From Desulfatiglandales bacterium (lineage in GTDB: Bacteria > Desulfobacterota > DSM-4660 > Desulfatiglandales > Desulfatiglandaceae): a stretch of DNA of 64,000 bases. The stretch is taken from assembly GCA_963666345.1 (NCBI GenBank), contig OY762721.1, positions 896,001 through 960,000 of the forward strand, given 5' to 3'. The position numbers and the translations under genes are program-made. The notes beneath the pieces are model-generated. The model had not been told where the DNA came from, did no database searches, and saw nothing but the letters and a program-made list of their open reading frames with translations. Shown one piece after another: positions 52,232-62,170 of the stretch (the first letter of the stretch is position 1; the number at the start of each line of letters is the position of its first letter).

Positions 52232-53131
52232 ATGAGACTTCCCCGATTCGACTATAAGGCACCGGCCACGGTTGAGGAGGCATGCAGACTCCTTGAACAG
52301 TTCGATAAAAACGCCCTTGTTATGGCAGGGGGCACGGACCTTCTGTTGCGCCTCAAGCAGGGGCTTGTCAAACCTTCCATCATAATAGGCCTCAAGAAGA
52401 TAAAAGGGCTTGGCCTCATCCGTTTTGATGAAAAAACCGGACTCACAATCGGGGCCTCAGCCCTGCTGGCGGAGGTAGCATCCCATACGGACGTTCTTAA
52501 GCATTATCCGGCTGTGGCATATGCCGCCAATGAAACCGCCAATGTCCAGATAAGGAACATGGGGACGGTAGCAGGCAACCTTTGCAACGGCTCCCCTTCC
52601 GCTGACAATGCCCCCTCCCTAATGGCCGCGGATGCCGAGGTTACACTGGTAAGTTCCAAGGGGGAAAGAATCGTCCCTTTGGCGGAATTTTTCAAGGGCC
52701 CAGGCCTCACCGAGTTAAGGGACGGTGAGATAATGTCATCGATACTGATTCCGCCGCCTCCGCCCGGCTCCGGCACAGACTATCAGCATATCTCGGCAAG
52801 GGGAAAAGTGGATATCTCCGCAGTAGGAGTCGCGGTAATGCTGATCATGGACGGACTCGTATGCAGGCGGGCAAGCATCGTGTTAGGCGCTGTGGCACCC
52901 AATCCGATTCATGCCTTGGAGGCTGAGAATTTCATACTGGGGAAAAACCTGACACCCTTTCAAATTGAAAAGGCCGCGATCACGGCGTCAAAAGAGGCCC
53001 GTCCCATCTCGGACATAAGGGCTACAGCAGGATACAGGCGGAAGATGGTAAAGGTGCTGACCATGAGGGCCCTTTTGCGGGCAAAGCAAAGGGCGATTAA
53101 AAAAACAGAGGCAAAAGGGGATAGGCCATGA
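52232..53131 (+). CDS. Xanthine-dehydrogenase-family FAD subunit (no [4Fe-4S] insert)
   Basis: AGGTDL, QIRNMGTVAGNLCNGSPSAD, PISDIRA..YR. Confidence 0.93.
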   Translation: MRLPRFDYKAPATVEEACRLLEQFDKNALVMAGGTDLLLRLKQGLVKPSIIIGLKKIKGLGLIRFDEKTGLTIGASALLAEVASHTDVLKHYPAVAYAANETANVQIRNMGTVAGNLCNGSPSADNAPSLMAADAEVTLVSSKGERIVPLAEFFKGPGLTELRDGEIMSSILIPPPPPGSGTDYQHISARGKVDISAVGVAVMLIMDGLVCRRASIVLGAVAPNPIHALEAENFILGKNLTPFQIEKAAITASKEARPISDIRATAGYRRKMVKVLTMRALLRAKQRAIKKTEAKGDRP

Positions 53132-55410
53132 AAGAATTCTCATTAATCGGAAAAGATGTTCCCAGAACCGATGCCAGGGCCAAGGCCACTGGAGCCGCTT
53201 TATACACAGATGATCTCAAACTTCCCGGAATGCTTTATGGAAAAATCCTTAGGAGCCCGGTGGCCCACGCCCGCATAGCCCGCATTGATACAGGCAGGGC
53301 GCTGTCCCTTAGCGGGGTAAAGGCGGTCATCACGGGTGAGGATACTCCGAAGATCAGATATGGCAACTGGCGGCTCTACCCTCACACCCAGGATGAATAC
53401 CCCCTGGCGATTGACAAGGTGAGGTTCATAGGAGATGAGGTTGCAGCGGTAGCTGCGGTGGATAAGGACACGGCTGAGGAGGCCCTGCAGCTTATCACGG
53501 TAGACTACGAGGAGCTGCCCGCGGTCTTTGATCTGGAATCGGCCTTAAAAAAGGGCGCCCCTCTTCTGCATGAAGGCTCCAAAAACAATATCAGTTTGTC
53601 CAGAAAGATCAACTACGGAGATGTTGAAAAGGGCTTTGCCGATTCTTACTACATCCGTGAAGACACCTTCTCTCTGCAGCCGGTCAGCCCGGCCTATCTC
53701 GAACCATGCTCAAGCCTTGCACAATGCGATTCCGACGGCCGCATAACCCTCTGGACTTCCACCCAAGCCCCTTACATAGTCCAGTGTCTCCTGGCATCAA
53801 CCATGGGGATGAGGGAAAATGATATAAGGGTCATAAAACCCAACGTGGGAGGGGGCTTTGGAGGCAAGATGGAACTCCGTTCCTGGGAATTCTGCGCAGC
53901 CTTCATGGCAAGGCAGACAGGACGGCCGGTAAAATTCACACTCACCAGGGAAGAGGAGTTTGCAATCGGAAGAAGAAGGCACCCCATGAAGATCCATTCA
54001 AAGATCGGATTGAGAAAGGACGGGACACTTCTTGCCAAAGATCTGCGCATACAGCTTGACGGTGGTGCCTACAACGCCATGGGACCCACAGCCACCTTTC
54101 TCTGCGGTTATTTCGGGGCAATGCTCTACAAATTCCCCAGCTATAGATTCATGGGCGACCACATCTACACGAACAAACCTCCTGCAAGCGCGATGAGGGG
54201 TTTCGGAGCACCTCAATCGTTGTTTGTAACCGAGACTCAAATGAATATGGCGGCTGAAGGACTGGCGATCGACCCTATCGACATAAGGCTCAAAAATGCC
54301 ATGACAACCGGTTATGAAATCCCCGATGTAGCCACTATATCAAGCTGCGGATTCACCGAATCGCTCAAGAAGGTCGCGGAGATGAGCGATTGGAAGTCAA
54401 AGAGGAAAAAGCTCAATAAGGGAAGCGGCATCGGAGTCGGCTGCTACAGTTTTATCTCAGGAGGGGTGTTTAACTGGTTTGACACGAAATATCCCTTTTC
54501 GGCTGCGGAAATAAGGGCATTCTCGGACGGTACCGTGCACCTTCTGACCATGGCTTCGGACATAGGTCAGGGATCGGATACCGTTTTAAAACAGATCCTT
54601 GCCGAAGAGCTTGGCATAAGGATGGAGGATATCAGAATCACCTCCGCGGATACGGCGGTTACCCCTCAGGCGGACCTCGGGTCCTGGGGAAGCCGGGTCA
54701 CGCTCATGGCAGGAAATGCGGTACTTGACGCTGCCCGTAAAATCAAGGAAAGCCTGTTCATCCCGATTTCCGCCACATTTGATCTGAATGTGATCTATGA
54801 CATGGAGTGCTATGGAGGAAGGATATTTGCAAAGGGGAAACCGGAGAAGGGAATGGGCTTCGGAGATGCCGTGGGCCTCATACAAAAGGCCAACAGGGGG
54901 GAACCGCTCGTTGCCAGGGGGTACTACACACCAAGGGGAAAGGGACTTGTCACCCCTGCCTTCAGTTTCGGTGCCCAGGTTGCCGAGGTGGACGTTGATC
55001 AAGACACAGGTATTGTAGATGTCAAAAGGATGTGGACGGCCCACGATTGCGGAACGGTGATAAACTCCGTGTCCGTGGAAGGACAGCTCGAGGGTTCCAT
55101 TCACATGGGGCTCGGCTACGCGCTTTCTGAAGAACTGTTAATGGAGGATGGAAAGACCCTCAACACGAACTTCCTCGACTACAAGATGCCCACGGCCCTG
55201 GATATGCCTCCGGGTGAATCGGTAACAATAGAAACCTTTGAGCCGGAAGGCCCTTTCGGCGCAAAGGAAGCGGGAGAAGGCCTGGTCTCTCCAACCGCGC
55301 CTGCGATCGCCGAGGCGGTCCATGACGCCACGGGCTACCGGTGCATGAGACTGCCGATAAAGGCGGAAGACATCATTGAAAACAGGGCGCAAAAGGCAAA
55401 AGGCGCCTAA
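53128..55410 (+). CDS. Xanthine-dehydrogenase-family molybdopterin subunit, 4-hydroxybenzoyl-CoA reductase alpha-like
   Basis: STQ, GGGFGGK, AMRGFG, DIGQG, GSWGSR, GPFGAKEAGEG. Confidence 0.9.
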   Translation: MKEFSLIGKDVPRTDARAKATGAALYTDDLKLPGMLYGKILRSPVAHARIARIDTGRALSLSGVKAVITGEDTPKIRYGNWRLYPHTQDEYPLAIDKVRFIGDEVAAVAAVDKDTAEEALQLITVDYEELPAVFDLESALKKGAPLLHEGSKNNISLSRKINYGDVEKGFADSYYIREDTFSLQPVSPAYLEPCSSLAQCDSDGRITLWTSTQAPYIVQCLLASTMGMRENDIRVIKPNVGGGFGGKMELRSWEFCAAFMARQTGRPVKFTLTREEEFAIGRRRHPMKIHSKIGLRKDGTLLAKDLRIQLDGGAYNAMGPTATFLCGYFGAMLYKFPSYRFMGDHIYTNKPPASAMRGFGAPQSLFVTETQMNMAAEGLAIDPIDIRLKNAMTTGYEIPDVATISSCGFTESLKKVAEMSDWKSKRKKLNKGSGIGVGCYSFISGGVFNWFDTKYPFSAAEIRAFSDGTVHLLTMASDIGQGSDTVLKQILAEELGIRMEDIRITSADTAVTPQADLGSWGSRVTLMAGNAVLDAARKIKESLFIPISATFDLNVIYDMECYGGRIFAKGKPEKGMGFGDAVGLIQKANRGEPLVARGYYTPRGKGLVTPAFSFGAQVAEVDVDQDTGIVDVKRMWTAHDCGTVINSVSVEGQLEGSIHMGLGYALSEELLMEDGKTLNTNFLDYKMPTALDMPPGESVTIETFEPEGPFGAKEAGEGLVSPTAPAIAEAVHDATGYRCMRLPIKAEDIIENRAQKAKGA

Positions 55411-55437
55411 AAAAGGGGTGCTTTTGCACCCCTTTTT
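55409..55437. terminator. Bidirectional intrinsic terminator
   Basis: aaaaaaggggtgc-tttt-gcaccccttttt between convergent genes. Confidence 0.85.
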
Positions 55438-55447
55438 CTCCTGCAAC

Positions 55448-56041
55448 CTATCCGAATGTAAAGCCTTCGGGAAGCATCCCCGCGTCTGTTCCTTCCGGAA
55501 CCCATGACAGATCCGTAATGGTGTAGGTGGGATTTACGGTCCTGAAGACCGGGACCACCCTCATTCCGATCTTGGGATCCCCGATGGACAGATAACTCAT
55601 CAGAATGGTCGAAACCCCTTCGAACTCGACATTTATGAACTTGATCGGTTTGTCCAGGGTGTTAAACGCGCCTGAACGCTCACACACCATGAAGGTGTGG
55701 ATGGCCGCGGTCTTTTTGCACACATCGGTGAGATCCACCACCGTGTTTCTGAACAGGCAGTCAGGACAGTGAATGCGGAATGGAAGATAGACGGTACCCT
55801 TGAATTCACAGTCAGGATTGTCACACCTGGTCCCATAAATCTTTCCCTTTCCGAGATTTTCAAAAAATACCGCCTCCCCCCCGTAGGTATGGATATAGAT
55901 CATTTCTCTGGGGTTTGTCACTCCCATGAGCCGCCATCCCTCCTCTTCATTCCTGATAGGCATATTGGGGGTGATATGATGGAAGTCTCCCTTGATCTTA
56001 TACTGGCCCTTATTAACCCGCACGGTTCCAAAAATACTCAT
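55448..56041 (-). CDS. DUF35-type Zn-ribbon/OB-fold protein
   Basis: GTRCDNPDC...YLPFRIHCPDC Zn ribbon, OB-fold IGMRVVPVF; directly after the thiolase-like gene. Confidence 0.85.
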   Translation of the reverse strand: MSIFGTVRVNKGQYKIKGDFHHITPNMPIRNEEEGWRLMGVTNPREMIYIHTYGGEAVFFENLGKGKIYGTRCDNPDCEFKGTVYLPFRIHCPDCLFRNTVVDLTDVCKKTAAIHTFMVCERSGAFNTLDKPIKFINVEFEGVSTILMSYLSIGDPKIGMRVVPVFRTVNPTYTITDLSWVPEGTDAGMLPEGFTFG

Positions 56042-56057
56042 AATATCTCCTCCTCTC

Positions 56058-57494
56058 TCAGGATTCTTTGTCTAAGAGGTGGTCCGGATCCATTAAAATG
56101 GTTGCCGTTACATGGGAACCCACCCCGGCGTGACTTATTGCAAGCGCCCTTCTGGCGTCCTTGACCTGAAGATCGGTCCAGTCATCCGGTTTTTCACGAT
56201 TGAATTCCTTCCAGGTGCCTGGATCACCGTGCAGTTCGGCCCATCTGTTCCATATATGGGAGGCGATTTCGAATGTCTGCATGATACCGGTCGCCCCGAC
56301 CGCGTGCATGCACCCGATCAGCCCGCCGGACAGATTAGAAGGCAGTTTTCCCGGTTTCCCGGTGTGCGGATTCGTATGATAACAATCCCCGGATTCCACA
56401 TAGTCGCGGCCGTATCCGTAAGGCCTCAGCCCTATATCTTCGTATGTCTGGACATCGCTGATGGTAAATGCGTCATGGAGTTCAATTACATCCAGATCCT
56501 CCGTCGGATCCACTATACCGGCCATGCGATAACCGTAATAGGCGCTCATCCTGGCCCCCAGAAAGCCTGTAAATCCGGGATAACGGTCTCCGCCGGGAAA
56601 ACGTTCACCCAGATCCTTGTACTGGTCGGCAGTCTCATTCGGGAGAAGCGGTATTTCCATATCACGCCTGCACGCGGGTCTGAGTGTGTGAGAACCAGCC
56701 GCGACCCATATCCTCAGAGGTTTGTTTTTGGTGTTCCTGGTCAGTTCCATGGCGGTCTGCTCATCGCATACTATTGCACAGGCCGATCCCACGCTCATCA
56801 GGCAGCAGTCCAGGGCGCGAAGAGGATAGGCCACAACCGGAGAGTTGAGGACATCTTCCACGGTTATTTTCATCGGAGCCTGAGCAAAGGGATTGTGACG
56901 CGCATAGCCGTGGTGTTTCACGGAAATCTCGGCCAGGGTCCGGCGGAAGGATTCCTCCTCCTTGCCGAAGACCTGCCAGTACTTCTGGGCCATGACGGCG
57001 TAATAGCCTGTATATATATGACCGAGCGGAGTTTCCCAATCCTTGTCGGCAGCACATGAAATCAGGTGATTACCTTCATCGGTCGGCACCTCATCCATCC
57101 TTTCCCATCCAATGGCAAGGGCGCAATCAGAGTAGCCTGAGGCAACCGCCTTGACCGCCTCCCACAGGGTGGAGCCGCCTGTAGCGCCGCCCGTTTTTAC
57201 GCCTATGTTCCCCAGGGGATCAAGTCCTAGGCGGTCATGGATGACCGCTTCACCAAGGAGTTGGTCACCGAAATGGTCCGCGAAATGGCCGTAATAGGCC
57301 GTATGGATATAGCTTTTAAGCTCGGCCGGTGTCTTGTCGATCAATCTCGCGGCCATGGTTAAGGCATCGACACAGAGCTCCTCAGTCCTTTTTTCAGGAA
57401 TCGCCCGGTCAAACTTGGACTGGCCTGCTGTTACCAGATAAACGGGTCGTAATAGCTTTGGGGTTCTTAATTGTCTCTCACTGAATGTGATCAT
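56058..57494 (-). CDS. Thiolase-fold protein (SCP2-type) lacking the nucleophilic Cys
   Basis: KTGGATGG in place of xACASG, GWERM, ELHDAF, SGGLIGCMHAVGATG. Confidence 0.88.
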   Translation of the reverse strand: MITFSERQLRTPKLLRPVYLVTAGQSKFDRAIPEKRTEELCVDALTMAARLIDKTPAELKSYIHTAYYGHFADHFGDQLLGEAVIHDRLGLDPLGNIGVKTGGATGGSTLWEAVKAVASGYSDCALAIGWERMDEVPTDEGNHLISCAADKDWETPLGHIYTGYYAVMAQKYWQVFGKEEESFRRTLAEISVKHHGYARHNPFAQAPMKITVEDVLNSPVVAYPLRALDCCLMSVGSACAIVCDEQTAMELTRNTKNKPLRIWVAAGSHTLRPACRRDMEIPLLPNETADQYKDLGERFPGGDRYPGFTGFLGARMSAYYGYRMAGIVDPTEDLDVIELHDAFTISDVQTYEDIGLRPYGYGRDYVESGDCYHTNPHTGKPGKLPSNLSGGLIGCMHAVGATGIMQTFEIASHIWNRWAELHGDPGTWKEFNREKPDDWTDLQVKDARRALAISHAGVGSHVTATILMDPDHLLDKES

Positions 57495-57549
57495 AAGGCA
57501 CGCTCCTTTCTTTTGGTTTCCTTTGCGTTACTCGAAAGGACAATTGCAC

Positions 57550-58092
57550 TCAGAGGGTCCCGACCCAGAGTGCGACGGCAAGTCCTTTGCCCCTGTTGGT
57601 AATGCTCTGTTTTTCAGGATATGACCAGAAATGAACCGAGTCTCCCTTTAAGAGTTCCGTCCTTGATTCTCCCTGAACCAGTTCCAGCGAACCCTCTAAA
57701 ACGGAAAGGACCTCCTGGCCGTTTCTTACCTCCTTTCTTACCGGAATCGATTTTCCCGGTTCAAGTACAAGCACGGCACTGTCAATAACACTCCTGTTCT
57801 CGGGGGAAAGAAATCTCCGGGTCACGAATCCGGATTTGGGCAGTTCGGCATGCAGCCAATCCGACTTCTGTATTACTACGAGTCTCTCCTCCCTGTCGAC
57901 ATGGTTGAGCAGATCCCCTGCACTCAAACCGATTGCATTGCAGATGCCTATAAGGGTATCTACGGACGGCGAACTTACGCTGTTTTCGACCTGACTGAGA
58001 AATCCTTCAGATATGCCCGCCTTCTCAGCCACCGCCTTGAGGGTAAGTTTTCCGGCCTTCCTATATCTGCGCATCAATGAGCCCAGATTCAT
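57550..58092 (-). CDS. XRE-family HTH plus cupin transcriptional regulator
   Basis: LTLKAVAEKAGISEGFLSQVEN; paralog of 27648-28193. Confidence 0.92.
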   Translation of the reverse strand: MNLGSLMRRYRKAGKLTLKAVAEKAGISEGFLSQVENSVSSPSVDTLIGICNAIGLSAGDLLNHVDREERLVVIQKSDWLHAELPKSGFVTRRFLSPENRSVIDSAVLVLEPGKSIPVRKEVRNGQEVLSVLEGSLELVQGESRTELLKGDSVHFWSYPEKQSITNRGKGLAVALWVGTL

Positions 58093-58162
58093 CGAAAGAT
58101 TTCCTTGTCTTGTAAATTATTGAAAGATGGGCCTTGTCATAAAAGGGGTTCTTAGATTCTAC

Positions 58163-58202
58163 TAAATATTAACCATAGGTTAAGTAATATGGTCTTGTCA
58201 AG
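58163..58202 (-). promoter_or_regulatory. Promoter/operator upstream of XRE-cupin regulator 2
   Basis: Minus strand cttgacaa-gaccatatt-acttaa-cctatg-gttaatattta; contains palindrome TTAACC-N3-GGTTAA. Confidence 0.7.
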
Positions 58203-58655
58203 GGAGAACTTTCAGGATTATGAAAGGGTTTGTTCAGGGTGCTTAATAAAGAGGTGCAGGCCCGGCAAAAAGGCCTCTTAAAAAGACAGGGTAACAGGCG
58301 GCTTCTTTATGATTTTAAAAGGTATTACAGCTTATTATTGATGGGAGGATCTTTCCTGACAAAAAGGGGCCACCTCTGTTTTATGCCCTTTTGCCGCCCG
58401 TTTGACAGGCGGCACATGAGCCGAAAGCAGAGGTTTGCCAGGAGGTATCTATTTCAGCTTTTCGATAACAGACCGGATCATTTCGCCTATCATACCGCAT
58501 CAAAAAACTTTGGCATCGCTTAAGTCCGGCATCAGGGATTCCCGGACCACAGGAACAGCTTCGGAGTATACCCTGCCATGAATTCCATTCACATTGTTTA
58601 GTAGCCGGCACTTATCCCGTACTCAAGGGGTTGGAATGCATGCCTCGCCTTCGGC

Positions 58656-59033
58656 CTATTTCCCCACAAACTCTCCGGCATTAAAGTTCCCGACCATTTT
58701 CTTTCCACCGGGCCCGGTCAATGTGCCCTTTCCATGTATCCTGTTGTTTTTGAACTGCCCTACATACTTGACGCCGTTCGCCCTGATCAGGATACCCTGT
58801 CCGTTCAACATATTGTTTCTGAACTCACCCACATATTTTGAACCGTCAGCGGACTGGAGGGTCCCCCTGCCCTCCATTTTCCCGTTTACGAAACAACCCG
58901 TATATCTGTCACCGTTCGGGTACTCGAAAGTACCCCGTCCATTCCTGCAATCGCCCCTTAAACAGTCCCCGAACGCGAGCGAAAAGCTAAGGCAGACGGC
59001 GGATACAATAACCAAGATTTTTATGCCTTTCAT
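58656..59033 (-). CDS. Secreted MORN-repeat protein
   Basis: Signal peptide, CLRGDCRNG, repeated YxGxFxNxxxxGxG. Confidence 0.9.
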   Translation of the reverse strand: MKGIKILVIVSAVCLSFSLAFGDCLRGDCRNGRGTFEYPNGDRYTGCFVNGKMEGRGTLQSADGSKYVGEFRNNMLNGQGILIRANGVKYVGQFKNNRIHGKGTLTGPGGKKMVGNFNAGEFVGK

Positions 59034-59064
59034 TATTCCCTCCTTGATCTTGAAGGCCGGATGT

Positions 59065-59706
59065 TCAGCCTACTGCAGGAATTATCACTATGTTGACTCT
59101 CCTGTTAGTTGAATCATTGCTGGAGATGGGCTGAGTCTCTCCGAAACCGATTGCGATTATCCTGCCTGCGTCCACCCCCTCCTTGACCAGGGCGTTTCTG
59201 ACCGCTTCAGCCCTTTTCTCGGACAGGGTCTGATTGTACGACTCGGTTCCCTTTGAATCGGTGTGCCCTTCAACACGAATTGAGGTTTGAGGATATCTCT
59301 TCAGCACCCCGGCGACCCTGGCGATCTCACTGTAGCCTCCCGGTTTCAGGGTGGAGGAATCAAAATCAAAGAACACCTCCGATTTGAAAGTGGCGGTCAG
59401 CACGTCGCGGTTTCTTTGAACGCTCGCCGCCTCGCTGGTAGCTGCTACCGATTTCAGCTCCTGTTCCTGTCTGTCCATATAAGTGCCGACCTGATGCCCG
59501 GCCAGGCCACCGGCGGCGGCTCCTATAGCGGCGCCCAGGATAGTGGCCTCGGTATCGCTTCCGATTACCTGGCCGAGGATAGCACCTGCCGCGGCACCGA
59601 TAAGCACCCCGGTTTTTGCGCCCCTTTCCCTTTGAGTTGGTCCTGCGCAGGATATAAGGCACAGAGCCGTGATCACACATAAGATTATGGTTACAGTCCT
59701 TTTCAT
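59065..59706 (-). CDS. OmpA-family lipoprotein with glycine zipper (YiaD-like)
   Basis: Lipobox LISC, GAAAG zipper, EGHTDS, LSEKRA, NRRV. Confidence 0.93.
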   Translation of the reverse strand: MKRTVTIILCVITALCLISCAGPTQRERGAKTGVLIGAAAGAILGQVIGSDTEATILGAAIGAAAGGLAGHQVGTYMDRQEQELKSVAATSEAASVQRNRDVLTATFKSEVFFDFDSSTLKPGGYSEIARVAGVLKRYPQTSIRVEGHTDSKGTESYNQTLSEKRAEAVRNALVKEGVDAGRIIAIGFGETQPISSNDSTNRRVNIVIIPAVG

Positions 59707-59722
59707 AGGTTACCTCCTGGCT

Positions 59723-60862
59723 TCAATATTTCCCTTTGTATTCATAGCCGCCTCTGACCCCGTTTTTTGAAAAAACGACCTGCCACAACTGAATTCTTCT
59801 TGCCCTGAAACTTCCTGCGCAAGAAAGGAGATAATAGGTCCACATGCGGTAGAATCTCTCATCATACATATCACCTATCTTGTCCCAGTTATCGATGAAA
59901 TTCTTATGCCACGCCATCAGGGTGGGGTCATAGTATTGACCGAAGCTGTGCCAATCTTCCATGACAAGCTGTCCCTCGGCCGCCGAGCAGATCTGCCTTG
60001 CCGAAGGAAGCATTGAATTAGGGAAGATATACTTTTCAATCCACGGATCCGTCGACCTGACGGAGCTGTTTCCCGCGATCGTATGCAACAGAAAAAGCCC
60101 GTCTTCTTTCAAACAGTTGCTGACTACCTCCATGTAGGTCCCGTAGTTCCTGTAACCCACATGTTCGATCATGCCGACTGAGACGACACGGTCGAATTGT
60201 TCCTTTATATCCCGATAATCCATGAATTCGATTCGGACATCAAGGCCGCGGCAGTATTGCCTGGCAAATTTCACCTGCTCTTTGGACACCGTTATTCCAA
60301 GCACCCTGACATCATATTTTTCAGCGGCCCACCCGGCAAGGCCTCCCCACCCGCACCCGATATCAAGGACGCTCATGCCCGGTTTAAGCATCATCTTGCG
60401 GCAGATCATGTCCATCTTGGCCTCCTGGGCCTCGTCCAGGGTCCCGGCCTTATCCCAGTAACCGCATGAATAGTTCATCCTCCTATCCAGCATAACGGAA
60501 AAAAGAGGGTTACCGATGTCATAATGCCGCTTTCCGATCATATATGCCTTTGACCTGCTCTGGGCATTTGAGATCTTCGCCTTTAGGACCGCCCACAGGA
60601 GACACTTATCGTTTCGCACCGTCTTGTCAAGCCTCGCGCTCATTATCCTGTCAAAAAGTTGATCAAGTGCCTCACATTTCCACCACCCGTCCATGTAACT
60701 TTCTCCCAGGGCAAGTGAGGCGCCTGACAGAATCCTGTCATAAAAACCGGGGTTTAGCACCCTGATATCCCACGGCCTGTCTCCGTCAACCCGGACATCC
60801 AGGCATTCGAATATCTTTTCCGCTGCCTTCCTGGCATCTGATTTTCTCATAGGGAATCTCAC
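59723..60862 (-). CDS. cfa: Cyclopropane-fatty-acyl-phospholipid synthase
   Basis: HYDIGN, LDIGCGWG, SVGMIEHVG, YIFPNS, RMWTYYLLSCAG. Confidence 0.95.
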   Translation of the reverse strand: MRFPMRKSDARKAAEKIFECLDVRVDGDRPWDIRVLNPGFYDRILSGASLALGESYMDGWWKCEALDQLFDRIMSARLDKTVRNDKCLLWAVLKAKISNAQSRSKAYMIGKRHYDIGNPLFSVMLDRRMNYSCGYWDKAGTLDEAQEAKMDMICRKMMLKPGMSVLDIGCGWGGLAGWAAEKYDVRVLGITVSKEQVKFARQYCRGLDVRIEFMDYRDIKEQFDRVVSVGMIEHVGYRNYGTYMEVVSNCLKEDGLFLLHTIAGNSSVRSTDPWIEKYIFPNSMLPSARQICSAAEGQLVMEDWHSFGQYYDPTLMAWHKNFIDNWDKIGDMYDERFYRMWTYYLLSCAGSFRARRIQLWQVVFSKNGVRGGYEYKGKY

Positions 60863-60903
60863 TTCCGGTGATTTTTATCTCCCGTCTCAAATAGTGCCTT
60901 TGC

Positions 60904-61800
60904 TTATGCGACTAACAACCCTGCGGCAACCAGCACCGGGGTCACGACGCAGATAATAACGTTCAGCCCCATATAAGGTATAAGTTTCTCTATATTCTCC
61001 CGGTACCTTATCCCTCCCACAAAGGCGGGCACTGCCATAATAACGGTTAACAGGCCGATAAGTGTAATTTCAGGTAAAAATCCGAAACAGGCGCCAAATA
61101 TTATAGACAGATAGGCCATCAACAGGAATACGCCGTAAATAAAACCGCTGTTTCGTCTGCCCACGACGATCGGAAAATTTCTTCGCCCCACATTTCGGTC
61201 GGCTTCAATATCAGGGAACTGATTCAAAAGGAGCAGATCGCTGATCAAAAAAAAGGGTACAAGTGACGCGATAAACGCAGGCAGCGAATACTCACCCGTG
61301 AGAACAAAATGTGTGCCCATTACCATGAGCGGCCCGAAACCCACTCCAGGAGCCACCAGGCAGAGCAAGGGGCTTCCTGAAAGCCATGGAGTATATGCAA
61401 ATATCGTCAAAAGCCCCAGGACGCCTACAGGCAGAAGCCATAAGCCTCTGACATAGATAAAAAACAGCCCCATAAAAACGGTTACGGCAAAGGTTATGAC
61501 CGCGGTGTAAAGGACGCAACAAGCCATGGCAGGCCTTTCAGGCAGGGTTCCGCTACCTCCGCTGAAAGGGGTTCGGGAGGTCTTTAGGTCGAGCCCGCTT
61601 TTGAAATCAAAATATTCGTTAAAGGCGTTAACGCTTATGTGAGCGCTGACAGCCCCTAACAGAGCCAGGATAAAGTAGTAAATACTTACATGACCTGCCG
61701 TCCACACGGCTGTCCCCAACCCCAGCAGGACGGATGCGGGGGTTATCACCAGAAAAGGAATGCGCATCGGTCCCAGAAGATATTTCAGGTTGTTCGTCAT
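60904..61800 (-). CDS. UbiA-family prenyltransferase (MenA-like)
   Basis: NEYFDFKSGLD, FSGGSG, NQFPDIEAD Asp-rich motifs; multiple TMs; start taken at MTNNL. Confidence 0.85.
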   Translation of the reverse strand: MTNNLKYLLGPMRIPFLVITPASVLLGLGTAVWTAGHVSIYYFILALLGAVSAHISVNAFNEYFDFKSGLDLKTSRTPFSGGSGTLPERPAMACCVLYTAVITFAVTVFMGLFFIYVRGLWLLPVGVLGLLTIFAYTPWLSGSPLLCLVAPGVGFGPLMVMGTHFVLTGEYSLPAFIASLVPFFLISDLLLLNQFPDIEADRNVGRRNFPIVVGRRNSGFIYGVFLLMAYLSIIFGACFGFLPEITLIGLLTVIMAVPAFVGGIRYRENIEKLIPYMGLNVIICVVTPVLVAAGLLVA

Positions 61801-61804
61801 TGTC

Positions 61805-62098
61805 TCATGTACTTGATTTTTGAGGACCTTCTGATGGAAGACCTTGTTTTCTATCGCCCCATCGCCATGCCGGTTTTTCACCCTTTTTCCAGCATATATA
61901 AATCAACAGGGATGTTAAGGCCATCAGAAAAAAGAAGAAGCCTGTCATGCTCACTATGGAATTTATCAAAAAGCAGCTGCCGGCTAAAACCAGCAGGATA
62001 TATACGATCAGTACGGACCACCCCTGCCATGTAACCGGAAGCCCCCATCCGAAACCATATTTTTTTGCCGGAAACCATACCCGATTTTTCTCCGCCAT
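61805..62098 (-). CDS. Small two-TM membrane protein of unknown function
   Basis: WFPAKKYGFGWGLPVTWQGW...KGEKPAWRWG; start taken at MAEKN. Confidence 0.75.
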   Translation of the reverse strand: MAEKNRVWFPAKKYGFGWGLPVTWQGWSVLIVYILLVLAGSCFLINSIVSMTGFFFFLMALTSLLIYICWKKGEKPAWRWGDRKQGLPSEGPQKSST

Positions 62099-62170
62099 AC
62101 TTTTCTCTTTCCTCTTTTGGAACTTCGCCGTCAACCTCCGCCTGAAGCAATCTGCGCCGGCACTGTTGAC

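Noticed and set aside
56112..57059. 315-aa plus-strand ORF
   Set aside because: Antisense to the thiolase-fold gene; no motifs
58450..58600. Short minus-strand frame with in-frame TGA followed by Cys (..AKVF*CGMIGEM..), possible selenoprotein
   Set aside because: No convincing start, RBS, SECIS hairpin or family resemblance; more likely non-coding or decayed DNA
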